A DNA stretch of 64,000 nt from Parasitella parasitica NRRL 2501 (Eukaryota > Fungi > Mucoromycota). This document shows, piece after piece, positions 13,708 to 24,967 of the stretch (the first letter of the stretch is position 1; every line of letters begins with the position of its first letter). The stretch covers positions 186,001-250,000 of the forward strand of contig MU619251.1 of assembly GCA_025201805.1 (NCBI GenBank). The letters are read 5' to 3'. Below the pieces are notes generated by a model, which worked only from the letters and a program-made list of their open reading frames with translations, did no database searches and had not been told where the DNA came from. The position numbers and the translations under genes are program-made.

Positions 13708-15848
13708 ATGGACTCTTCACCGCATTCGCCGAAAACTCCATTATCGTTAGCCAGAACAACTGCAGAAAATCAAGATGCAAACGGGATCATCGACAGATTA
13801 TCTGCTGCATTTCGCTCACAAACTTCACTAGCGGATACACGTAATACATCAAAAAAACACTCGTCTGGGAGCTTCAGCCATCATCGCTCTTCTTCGTCAC
13901 AAGAGCCATCCGGAACAGAAACACGAAAGAGAGACTCTAGCGGCATCAACTATTCGAATCTCATTTCTCTCATGAGCGATTACCAGCAACACAAAGAAGA
14001 CCAAGATCCACCCTTATTTACGATTAATAACAGCAGCGCATCAGCCATATCCCCATCATCGCCCAAAACCAATAATATCGCCACCACAAACAACCGTGGT
14101 AGAATAACAAAGCGAATGTCCTCTTCATTCACCAATACCCCTATCCATCACAATCCGCATGGCAATAGCAGCAACTCTTCCACAGTGTCGAAAGCTATAA
14201 GCGACATCAAATCGATTGAACCTGCTGACCTGGGCGATATGCTGCAGCAGCAAGACGCAATACATCCACTGTTGATCGATATGCGTCCTTTGGATCTGTT
14301 TGAAAAGTCTCGCATCCGTGACTCAATCAACATCAATGTGCCAACACTACTAGTGAAACGTTATCGTAGAGGCGCTGTAAGTAATTTCAACTTGGAGAGC
14401 TTTATAACAACGCCAGAAGGGACAGACCTCTATCGCGCATGGCTTAGACACTATCAAATAGACGACATCCAGTTTTTGCCCCAGCACGCTCAGTGTATTT
14501 TATACGATGATCAGATGATAAATGATGCTAGTGCAACGTGGATACTCATGGGTGTTTTAGTTCAAAATACAAATTGCAACGTTCAGTGGCTGCGTCATGG
14601 ATATGAAGGATTTAACAAATGGGATTTCACACATAGCTATCAGGTGGGCACAATGTATCCTCAGGCCTCTTCGTCCTCAGAGTCGCCTCCCGTACCATTA
14701 CCATCCACTAGCAAAAGCCAATTGTTTACCAATAGACTTCATATGCCAATGCCCATGGTATCGCGCAGCGCAACTACGCTTTCTTCCAGCAGCAAAAACA
14801 ACAACCTCCACAATCTCAACAGCGGGAATGTGCAGCGAAGAGCTAGTTTGTTCAGTCTAGATACCACCATGCGTAGAGGGAGTGGCATCTCATCCAACGC
14901 TTTCAAGCAGCGCAATGGAAACAACAACGGCAACATGTCAAGCATTATAGAACCAACCACGGCTAATATATTTTCGCCCGAGGAGGATGTATTTCATACA
15001 CCGTTGGAACAGCTGCCAAGCGATGACCAACCCATGATGACTGCAATGGGAGAGGTGACTCCAAAAACAGAAAACGAGTATGATTTCGTGATTTCAGAGA
15101 TCATACCTAATTTCCTGTATTTGGGTCCAGAAATAGCAACAGCAGACCAGGTGGATGGCTTGCGGCAGAGGTCGATTAGGCGAGTGCTAAATATGGCAGA
15201 GGAATGCGAAGACAACGTACCAGGCCTGAAGGAGAACTTTAAATATCAAAAAATTGCCGCCCGAGACACGGTAGAGATGCAAAATGTACAAGGAACCCTT
15301 AAAAAGGCAGTTCAAGCCATAGGTAATAGTGCAGAAAGAAAGTGTATTCACGACTACATTCGAGAATGCTGACTTGTGATTTTGACGAAATAGATGATTC
15401 AAAAAAGCACCACGAACCGATCTATGTTCACTGTAAAGCGGGAAAATCGAGATCTGCAGCAGCTATTTTAGCATATCTCGTTTCGTCAGAAAATTGGACG
15501 CTGAGAAAAGCATATCGACACATTGCGAAAGCAAGGCCCAACATTTCTCCCAACATTGGATTTGTGGCGGAGCTAATGAAGATGGAGGAAAGTGTTCATG
15601 GAAAAGTGAGCAATTTTGCAGGAACAGACTGGCATTTAGCAGATTTATCTAATCCACCAAGCCCTGATACACAAAAGGAGATGGGCAGACTTGAAAAAGT
15701 ATGGAAGAGAGGTGTATCGTCGAGCAACATGAAGCCACAAAGTGGAATTAACGGTGGTACCGGTAACAATGACAGTGGTGGCAGTAGCAGTCGTGTACAT
15801 TTAGCATCTTTATCATCATCTTCAAATCAACAAGACGAATCAAAATAA
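13708..15848 (+). CDS. Dual-specificity MAP kinase phosphatase (rhodanese/KIM + DSP domain); intron 15323-15393
   Basis: Rhodanese-like LLIDMRP..F...RIRDSININVPTLLVKRYRR, DSP EIIPNFLYLG, catalytic HCKAGKSRS and RPNISPNIGF. Confidence 0.92.
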
Positions 15849-16333
15849 TTCTCTCATTTACAAGCACATGCATACATATTTATCATATATTATAATAAAG
15901 GTATTTCCGGGCATATATTTGTAACTGGACTTTATCTANNNNNNNNNNTTTCGACACGTACAATCTCATCTGGAGAGAGGATACCAAACTGAACAGCATC
16001 AACACGTCGAAGAGGAGCTGATGAAAATGCAAAAGGATGTCCACTCATGTTGTTTTTGATTTTTTTAGAGATTTTTCAATGAAAATTTTTTCTGTTGTTT
16101 TTTTTGAGGTTTTTTTTTTTGTAAGTAAATCTACTAGTAGATGGTGCTTCACGAAATAAAAAGGCTGCTGGCTACTTTCAGTTGTTTAATGAAAAGAGTC
16201 GATGCCTTTGTGTGTTTCTTTCTCTGCTGATGTCTTGTTATCCAAGTATACAACGAAAAAAGGGAGGCTACTGAACAAGCAAAAAGGTGATATGTTCTCT
16301 GCTCTCTGTGTCTTGTTTCTTTCGACACTAGAT

Positions 16334-16383
<50 letters not shown>

Positions 16384-16441
16384 AATGCTTTACTACAACT
16401 ATGATTGATTAAGCACAACAAAAGAGAGAGAGAGCCTAGCA

Positions 16442-17074
16442 TTAACACGAAAGAGCAGTGGACGGTAAATAGCCTAGTTTGACAGCCACCTCAATGATAT
16501 TTTTGGCCTCTACAATGGGAGGAGGAATTATGCTAGCAACTATAACCTTTTCAACTTTTTCATTGGGTTCCTCAAGGGTATCTAATTGAGATTGAAGCAT
16601 AGAGGGGGGCATGAAATGATCGACACGGCCTTGGATACGCTGTAACAACAATTCATGCGTTCCCTTTAGGTAGACAAAGATAACGGTGCCTAGTTCAGCA
16701 GGAACTTCACGAAAGATATCACGATAGACCTTCTTGAGTGAAGAACAAGTAACAACAAGAGCACGATTAGGCGAGTTGACATCCAAACCATATACTTGCT
16801 TTGCTTGCTCTGTTAAATGATCGCGGATCAGACGGAGCCATGGCCAGCGATCATCATCATCCAATGGGTGACCTAGATGATATTAATGTCGTCCTTCTCT
16901 TTCGCCACTGCATACAAACGAACCTGCAGCCATCTTTTCGACATTTAATAGCGGATGAAGAGAGTCTCCCTCGAGATAATAGCAATTCAAAAGTTTTTGC
17001 ATCTCGCAAGCAACACTTGTCTTGCCACAGCCAGCAGTACCCATTAGTACAAAGATTGGGACTGGAGTACTCAT
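16442..17074 (-). CDS. Gluconokinase (GntK/IdnK family); intron 16873-16923
   Basis: P-loop MGTAGCGKT, EGDSLHP..NVEKMAAG|HPLDDDDRWPWL, CSSLKKVYRD and HFMPPSMLQSQLDTLEEP. Confidence 0.93.
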
Positions 17075-17628
17075 TTTTGCTGTCTTGCTCCAGTTACAAT
17101 ATGAGAAACAAATGAAAAGAGAAAAGTAGACGTTTTTTTTTTTTATTTTTTTTTTATGCTTTTAGGTATAAAGCGGGAAGAATTCGACATTGTTTGTCCG
17201 ATGCCCTTCGATAGAGGATTGTATCACTTTGTTGATTTTTATTTTGTCTTTTCCCGTCCATCACATCAATTTCCCGAAGCTGGGGTATCTATAATGATAG
17301 TCCATACAGCCAGGCTTATTGGATTTAGCACTTTCTTATGTTAAATTGACAAAAGAAAGTCCTTAATGAGCACCCTATTCAACTGGATGTATAATTGCCC
17401 AGGACAGATCAAAGAGCGTAATTAGAGTCTAAGAACCTTTCGGGATGGAAGGTAAAAAGGAATGGCAGGTGCATATGGGGAGAGTGTGTGATGAGAAGGC
17501 GGAGGCGGCGGGATCTTCGAATGTTGGAGATAGTCAAGTTCGAAGAGGATTGTACAGTGTTTTCAGTCTCAATTTACTAGATTTTAGAAAGCATCACCCA
17601 CTTTCTTGAGTGATCTTGAGGTTAAATT

Positions 17629-17757
17629 GTCAGGAAAAAAGACAATGTTTGGTCAAATGTTTGAAACTAATTAGCCCAGCTGCTTACTCAAGAAGTTGAT
17701 CAAAATGATTCTAGACGTTGATTCAACATAAAGCTTAAACATAGATTGTATATTTAA
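17629..17757 (+). repeat. Left terminal inverted repeat
   Basis: GTCAGGAAAAAAGACAATGTTTGGTCAAATGTTTGAAACTAATTAGCCCAGCTGCTT, then TCAAGAAGTTGATCAA and AAAGCTTAAACATAGATTGTATAT. All match the reverse complement of the right end. Confidence 0.88.
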
Positions 17758-19183
17758 AATTTTTACAAACATACGATTCTAATATTATTCGTATATAAAG
17801 CAATGTCCTTTTTACATAAATTTATTACTTCAATTCTTTAAATTTTTTATGAAATCAAATGAGAATATATGGTTTTTGAAACGGTTGAAATGATTAAAAG
17901 GAATAATGATAGAATCGATTGAGAATGTAACACGACTTCTAGTGTGATAAGTTGATCAAACTGTTACCATATCAAAGCCAAAAAATACGCTCGAGGAGCG
18001 ACACACAAAGAAATGATAAAAGGTTTCATTTCATAACACAAACCATATATTGAGGCTGAAAGGGAATAAAGAACCAAACCTACAGAGACGAGCTCTACAA
18101 CTAGCGTCGTCAACATGTGCAGTGAGGAGAGCAAACAGACAGAAAAGATCATTTTCACTTGAATTTCCTTCAAAAAAGCCAAATTCAGAAGGCAATAACT
18201 GAATATTTCTCTGCATTTGAGACAGTAAAATTAAATCCTGACTAGCCACGAAATCTCTTAATTATCAGAGCACTGAAGTTAGAAATCATGTATAAACCTT
18301 CACATTTTCGATTTATTCTATTAAAAAACAATACATATCAACCACTATTTTGCTTGTTAATAATGTATCATCTATGTCATTCGCTTTTAATGGTCGCAAA
18401 AGACGCCTTATTGNNNNNNNNNNNNNNNNNNNNNNNNNNNNNNNNNNNNNNNNNNNNNNNNNNNNNNNNNNNNNNNNNNNNNNNNNNNNNNNNNNNNNNN
18501 NNNNNNNNNNNNNNNNNNNNNNNNNNNNNNNNNNNNNNNNNNNNNNNNNNNNNNNNNNNNNNNNNNNNNNNNNNNNNNNNNNNNNNNNNNNNNNNNNNNN
18601 NNNNNNNNNNNNNNNNNNNNNNNNNNNNNNNNNNNNNNNNNNNNNNNNNNNNNNNNNNNNNNNNNNNNNNNNNNNNNNNNNNNNNNNNNNNNNNNNNNNN
18701 NNNNNNNNNNNNNNNNNNNNNNNNNNNNNNNNNNNNNNNNNNNNNNNNNNNNNNNNNNNNNNNNNNNNNNNNNNNNNNNNNNNNNNNNNNNNNNNNNNNN
18801 NNNNNNNNNNNNNNNNNNNNNNNNNNNNNNNNNNNNNNNNNNNNNNNNNNNNNNNNNNNNNNNNNNNNNNNNNNNNNNNNNNNNNNNNNNNNNNNNNNNN
18901 NNNNNNNNNNNNNNNNNNNNNNNNNNNNNNNNNNNNNNNNNNNNNNNNNNNNNNNNNNNNNNNNNNNNNNNNNNNNNNNNNNNNNNNNNNNNNNNNNNNN
19001 NNNNNNNNNNNNNNNNNNNNNNNNNNNNNNNNNNNNNNNNNNNNNNNNNNNNNNNNNNNNNNNNNNNNNNNNNNNNNNNNNNNNNNNNNNNNNNNNNNNN
19101 NNNNNNNNNNNNNNNNNNNNNNNNNNNNNNNNNNNNNNNNNNNNNNNNNNNNNNNNNNNNNNNNNNNNNNNNNNNNNNNNNNN

Positions 19184-21920
19184 GTTAGAATGTTATGTTG
19201 CAGGCTCAACTATCATCAATCCTCCAGCTTCGTTTCTAAAGCCATCCAGTGGGCTTCGAAGCAAAGTCCAGACATCCAAAGAGAAAACGGATTACAGGAA
19301 TGCCCTGCAGTTGCAATTTCGAATCTGTCTTCTACGCTCAATTGTACCGTACATTGCAGAAAGAAAAATGGAGACTGTGATGAGCTGTATATCTCTTTAT
19401 TGAAAAGCACTAGAATACCTAAAGGCTTAGTGCAAGAAGCAGAAGCAAAAATCAAAAGTCCAGGAAAAATCACAACGATGTTAAGCACTGTGTATACACA
19501 GAATAAAAAGGCTGGAAGTCCAAAGAAGAGTTATGAGTACTGGACAGAATTTGTGGAGAAGAACTTCCAGTCTCTTTTGGATTTACTAGAAAAAAATGAT
19601 GGTAGCAATGATGATAAAGACAGTGAAGATAGCGAAGATGAAGACAATGATGGAGCGACTCAAGATGACGCTGAGCAATCAGGCGCATGCTCAATTTCTT
19701 TGAGTCAAGTGCTCAGAGACGACTTGAAAGACGACATCAGATCATTATTCATCAATACAATCGGTGCTACCAAGGAGCAAGTATCTAATTATACCTCTGA
19801 CTTCAGCAAGCAGGTTCTCAAAGTCGCTCTGTTGTTTGCTGAGTATACATTTGAATCTAATGCCGGCAACATCGAACTTGTCTACGATGGTGGAAACAGC
19901 ATTGCGTCAATACTGCCAGAAGGGTATTTAGAGGAAGATATCACTGTACCAAAGCCATTAAATTCCAGCTCTCTCGAGAATGACGAGTTCAATGCTCACT
20001 ATCAATCGCTGTTTCTAGAACCCCGCTTGGAACAAATGCACTCAACATACTATGGTCAAGTGGGTGTCGAAGAGTCTACCCTTGAAAATTCGCCTCTCCA
20101 TAAGGCAATTGTAAACGTTTTGGCCTTGATGAAGCCAACCCACATCAAAATCTGTCCTCGCACGTTACGAAGATGGCTCGCCAACAGTATTACACGAATC
20201 TTTGTATTATATGGTCCGAGAATACTATTGTCAACAAGCTACTTAGAAAGCTCTTGAACTTCTTGCTATTGATCCATTTATCTCCCGATCAAGACCATGC
20301 TATCAAGGCGAAGAAGACTGAAAGAGAATCGGCCAAGCTTCGAAAAAACCATAAAGGCAACCAGAGAGTGACTAATTGCAGCATCCCAATACCAGAAATT
20401 TCAGTGCTGAACAAGACAAGAAATGGAAGACGAAAGCTGTTTTCTGATGAAAAGATGCTAAAAGTCAAGTATGAAGAGAAAGGGAAGCATGAGGCAGCAG
20501 ACATGTGCCAGACGAGAATCGATACATATGAGCAAGTACTTTATAGAGAGGTAGGAGTCATCTGGTTTTTAAAGGAAGACATAGTGTCATAACTCGGAAT
20601 GTATGTGGCAAGCGGAAAGGGACAGAAATCCAAGGCAGCAGCAGCAACAGCAGAAGCAAGGAAAGCGTAAAGAAAGCGATACTGATGATAGAGAGGACTA
20701 CGAGAAAGGGAACAATACCAATGTATCTAGAAAAAGAATCAGTCAGTTTGTCGACATTGCAAGATCAACATTGTTTGCCACGCAAGATATCACAGACGCG
20801 TACCTCCAAGATCAGGATGAACACATCACCACACAAGAATCTGCAACAATCATCAAAATTACTAGCTTCATTCGGCCATTCATACCATCAAGTGAGACTT
20901 ATCATCTCCTTTCATGCCAACTCAAGTTCATCTTAATGGCAAACCAAGTACTGCGCTCTATCGGCTATGAAGGCCAAGTTGCTAAATTTATTCCAATAGT
21001 CAGACCCATTTATTTGCATGCACTTCTTATTGACACAACGACCCTGTATGCACTTTTCTGCTCGAGCAAAATTTCAAAACGGCTGTATCTTCGAGACTTT
21101 CAAGGCAATTACGTAAAGCATTAAGACGCCAACGCAAAAAAAGATGCCGTCTTTAGCAGTTTCTTTAACATTGTCAATCTGAAAAACGTGACATCAAGCT
21201 ATGGGATGGAGTTCGTAAATAGAATACACATGATACCAGGATCGAAGACTGTCAGATTGCATGGCAGCATTGGACATTTCAAGCCTAGTCGCAGGAACCC
21301 AGAAACAAAAAGCAAACTGAGCCATCATGCTGATGACGGCCAGTTACGAGCTAAGAAGGCTCAAAAGAAGGAGCTCGGTAAGTCACTCAGGGATTGCACA
21401 AACGAATTGTATCAGTTTCTTCAAGACAACGACAGTGTTCGTGGTTTCAAGAAAGCTTGGAGAACTAACTTTGAAGAGCAAAAACAATGTTATGAGAAAG
21501 TCGAAGATGCCCAAGAAAGGGACAAAACTTCTGATCTTAAGAAGACTTGGAAGGCTAAGGTTGAAGAAAAAGACGAGCGCTATCGGAATGTGGAAGCAGT
21601 AAAGTCAAGAAAGAGAGGATTAATGGTGGCTATTTGAGATGCAAAAGAGATGCTTCAGTCATTGCGGCGAGAGATTTCTGAATATGGAAAACCTTTGGTG
21701 GATGATTTGAAAAATCTAATAACATTTAAGCCCTTCACTGTGGGTAGCAATGGATGCTGTAGAAAGGTAGAGGAATGCAAGCTGGATGAAGACATGGATA
21801 TGACAACAGCCGTGTTCAGTGGCACGGATAATGGCATTATAAAGACTACCGAGACAGTGTTTTTTGATCTCGATCGTTTCGCATCACACTTGAAGCTGTA
21901 CAATAGGTTTTAGGTCTTGG
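19184..21920 (+). pseudogene. Decayed, 3'-truncated Fanzor1/TnpB-like large nuclease gene
   Basis: Chain of + strand ORF fragments broken by stops and frameshifts. Contains KFIPIVRP..LHALLIDTTTLYALF, DAVFSSFFNI...F.NRI, and a RuvC-I-like FSGTDNGIIKTTETV..F..HLKLYNRF. No RuvC-II, Zn finger or RuvC-III found. The 5' part runs into the N gap. Confidence 0.6.
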
Positions 21921-21953
21921 GTATGCAACTCAATGCCTTTAAGCACATATGTA

Positions 21954-23357
21954 TCTATCTATCTATCTATATAATTAAAAAAAACAGTCGCATTAAAGTC
22001 GCTTGAAGCTCAAGAATAAAGCAAAACAAACCTAAGAAGAAATGGAGTAAACAAATGCTTTAGTGGGTTTTTTCAGTTCCATTCCAGTTTGTTAAATTTC
22101 GAAAAGTCGGCATTGAGCCAAGCACATCCTCTATTTCAGAAACTAATTAAAAATACTTTAACACGTCAGAAAATTATAAGTAAAATATGTGCGTATGAAA
22201 CAAAACATGAAATAGATGATCATGTACATTAGTTTAAAATTAAAACTCTCTAAACAAAGTGAATAATGTCGAAATTCGGGCGAAAAAGCTTGAATCTTTC
22301 GAAATTGGACATGGTCTAACCAGCAAAGGCGACTTTTTAAGCTGCACGCTCTGTTTTATTTAATACAAATATGTTGACACTTTTTATTACTACAAACACA
22401 GAGTGCCTGCTATTAGAATCTGCTCAAGCTGTGGTCAAGAAGGCCATTCGCGTTCTGCAAGCAGGCTTTGCCTCAATAACACCCGTGCTAATACTAACAC
22501 TTGCGGGAGCTATGGTGTTATAGGCCATCATCGATCTTCTTATCGTCATTGCGCTAACAACATTGCTAATCGTATGACTCAAATTTGTTTTCACTTTACA
22601 ATCATAATCGAACTCTTTGTATAAACTGGGATCTCAATCTGAAACTATGAAACTAGATCAGCAAACAGAAACAATCAGCGTTAATGATGCAACAACCAGC
22701 AGACGTATTTGTTCAAGCTGTGGACAAGAAAGTCATTTGCGATCTACCAGTAGATTGGGTGCCAAATTAATACACAACAATACTCATAACATGGCTAGAA
22801 GAAGTACACCCTCTTTCACCAAACGCCATGATATTGGTGGAAGGAACAGCATCTGTCGCCATTGTCAAGCACACATGTGGGGCATAGCGAAAAATGGAGG
22901 CACCAGTGCAAACCCCGGTTTCTCTTTGTACTGTCCTGAGTTGGTTGCTAATTTTCTGTTAGACCGGTATTCACCATGACCATCAAGGCTCAACACTCGA
23001 CTTTCTTGGTCTTTTTCTCACATAGCCAGTTATATGTTGCTTTCTCGCGCATTAAGCAGCTATCTTTAATTAAAATTCTTCTGCATAGAAATACCTCAAC
23101 TACCAAAAACTATACTGGATCATACACCGATAATATTGTATTCCATGAAGTATTTAAATAACTCTACTGATTTTTACGCTTTTTTTTCCTATTGTGCGTT
23201 ACTACATCTATATTTTTATTTCTGTCTAACAATATATTTTAAGTTATAGATAAACAACAATAAAAGAGCATTGAATATCTGATTAGCACTTATCAAAAGA
23301 TTGAGCTCCCGGTAGGGCGACGATGGCCGTCGTGAGCGAAGCGAGCAGGTCAGCTAG
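21954..23357 (+). mobile_element. Non-autonomous, internally deleted Helitron
   Basis: 5' A|TCTATCTATC..TATATAATTAAAA. CCHC-like repeats (CSSCGQEGHSRS...C). RepHel N-terminal-like IGGRNSICRHCQAHMW..FSLYC. Pif1 helicase tail FSHSQLYVAFSR...TDNIVFHEVF*. GC-rich subterminal hairpin CGACG-ATGGC-CGTCG (23318-23332). 3' end CTAG|T at 23354-23358. Confidence 0.88.
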
Positions 23358-23373
23358 TATATTCTGAATTTAG

Positions 23374-24467
23374 CGATATAGAGGATGATCTAGAAGAAGA
23401 ACGTAACGATGAAAGCGACATTGTTAGTTTTACTGACAAGGTGGTATCATAAGCTGCAAATCTCGCTTCAGACGAGTGAGTATTTTTTAGCGCTAATATT
23501 TCTGTTCCTTTACACAACTAATAATGCAAATTGAGTAGGGTTGGTAAATTAAAAATAATTGATTTATCATCAATGATGGCTGTGGATGTATTGAAAGAAG
23601 AGACTTCTGCTAATCATCAATTTGAGTCGATAATTAATTCAACCAAGATTGATCCAATTCCGATATCTACTCAAGCTGATAATCTTATCAATGCACTCAA
23701 TGATACGCCTTTATCGATGCAACCATTGCGCAAAACACTGTATAGTCATGGCTTTAATGAAAGCTTTGATTTTGTCACCAACCATGATATTGGGTTTATG
23801 GAAGTAACAGTAAGATATTTGTAATCATCACAAAAAGATTTTTTGGTGTATTATTTATATTCATATCCATTTCACAAACCTGTAGTTTGGATTTGATGAG
23901 CTCTCCAAACAGCCCTTTAAATACTATTATGCTGGAGAGAACGGCAGCCACTTATCTTAATATCTATATTGTAAATCAATTATTTATCACTAACAACGAT
24001 GTGATAGAACTTGGTTGGCTTGAGAGAGAATTCTGTTCTACCGATAGAACTAAATTTGACGGAATCATCTTTAAAATTGGCAATAAGTCGATTGCCCCGG
24101 GATTTGTTGAATTCTCAGGAGGCATCAACGACAAGACATCACCTCTAAAGTATACAAAAGACAATGAAAAGTTATATAGTAATATGATAAAGGCTATGGT
24201 TGATATTAAAACTGATAAAATGTTCTGTATGCGATGTTATGGTAAGAGTATTTCTTATTTAGTATTAAATTAAATCCTTCTTTTACAATAGGCCATCATA
24301 TTTACTTTGAAAAACTGGTTGATGTTAATGGTGTGATGTATAGAACGATTGATGTAAATATGGAAATCCCAACTACGCCGAGAAAGTTAATAGCCTACAT
24401 CAATGAAATACCAAAGATACTTGCATGGAAGCAGGCTTTGATTAATCATGCCATCAGCCTAAATTAA
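23374..24467 (+). pseudogene. 5'-truncated spliced gene encoding a PD-(D/E)xK (REase-fold)-like protein
   Basis: Introns 23476-23538, 23821-23885 and 24242-24291 splice in frame. Motifs LERT...KFDG...FVEFSGG. One premature TAA at ~23450. No start codon visible downstream of the Helitron. Stop at 24465-24467. Confidence 0.55.
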
Positions 24468-24547
24468 TGTCATTATTTACAAATCCTTCCTGCTTCTTTG
24501 TAAATATATTTAAATATGTACATTCTATTACTTCAAATATCATGAAA

Positions 24548-24690
24548 TAGATATAAAATCTATGCTTAAGCTTTGTATTGAAAATTCATTTTGACTTGAA
24601 GTTGATCAACTTCTTGAATAAATTATTTTCAAGCAGCTGGGCTAATTAGTTTCAAACATTTGACCAAATATTGTCTTTTTCCTGACTGTA
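24548..24690 (-). repeat. Right terminal inverted repeat
   Basis: Reverse complement of 17629-17757. Contains the perfect palindrome GAAGTTGATCAACTTC (24598-24613). Ends ACTG+TA. Confidence 0.88.
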
Positions 24691-24967
24691 CTAAAAAGAT
24701 TACCAGTAAGCTAGCTTTATATTTCACTCTAGCCATGCATCATTCACTATTGCATTTCATGGCACGAAATGTATTGATACCCTATGAACAATCTGTTTAC
24801 ATAAGCACAAGAACAACTGCCCTGTTTTTCACCTGGGAAATGTCAGACTTCCGAAACATGTTGGATTGAGATTTTACCCCATATGTTCAAATAATTATAG
24901 CTTGTATCACTTTTATCGAAAAACAATAAAAAAGATAGCATATAAATGTCATGAAAAAGAACCGTTT

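Larger units (their letters stand above)
17629..24690. mobile_element. ~7 kb composite DNA transposon bounded by long imperfect TIRs
   Basis: 17629-17685 is the reverse complement of 24631-24686 with 1 substitution and one 1-nt indel. Gapped similarity continues inward (to ~17757 and from ~24548). The right end terminates ...CCTGACTG-TA. Confidence 0.8.

Noticed and set aside
17514-17546. Short inverted repeat TCTTCGAA..TTCGAAGA left of the TIR
   Set aside because: An 8-bp stem is within chance expectation, and there are no tRNA or other ncRNA hallmarks.
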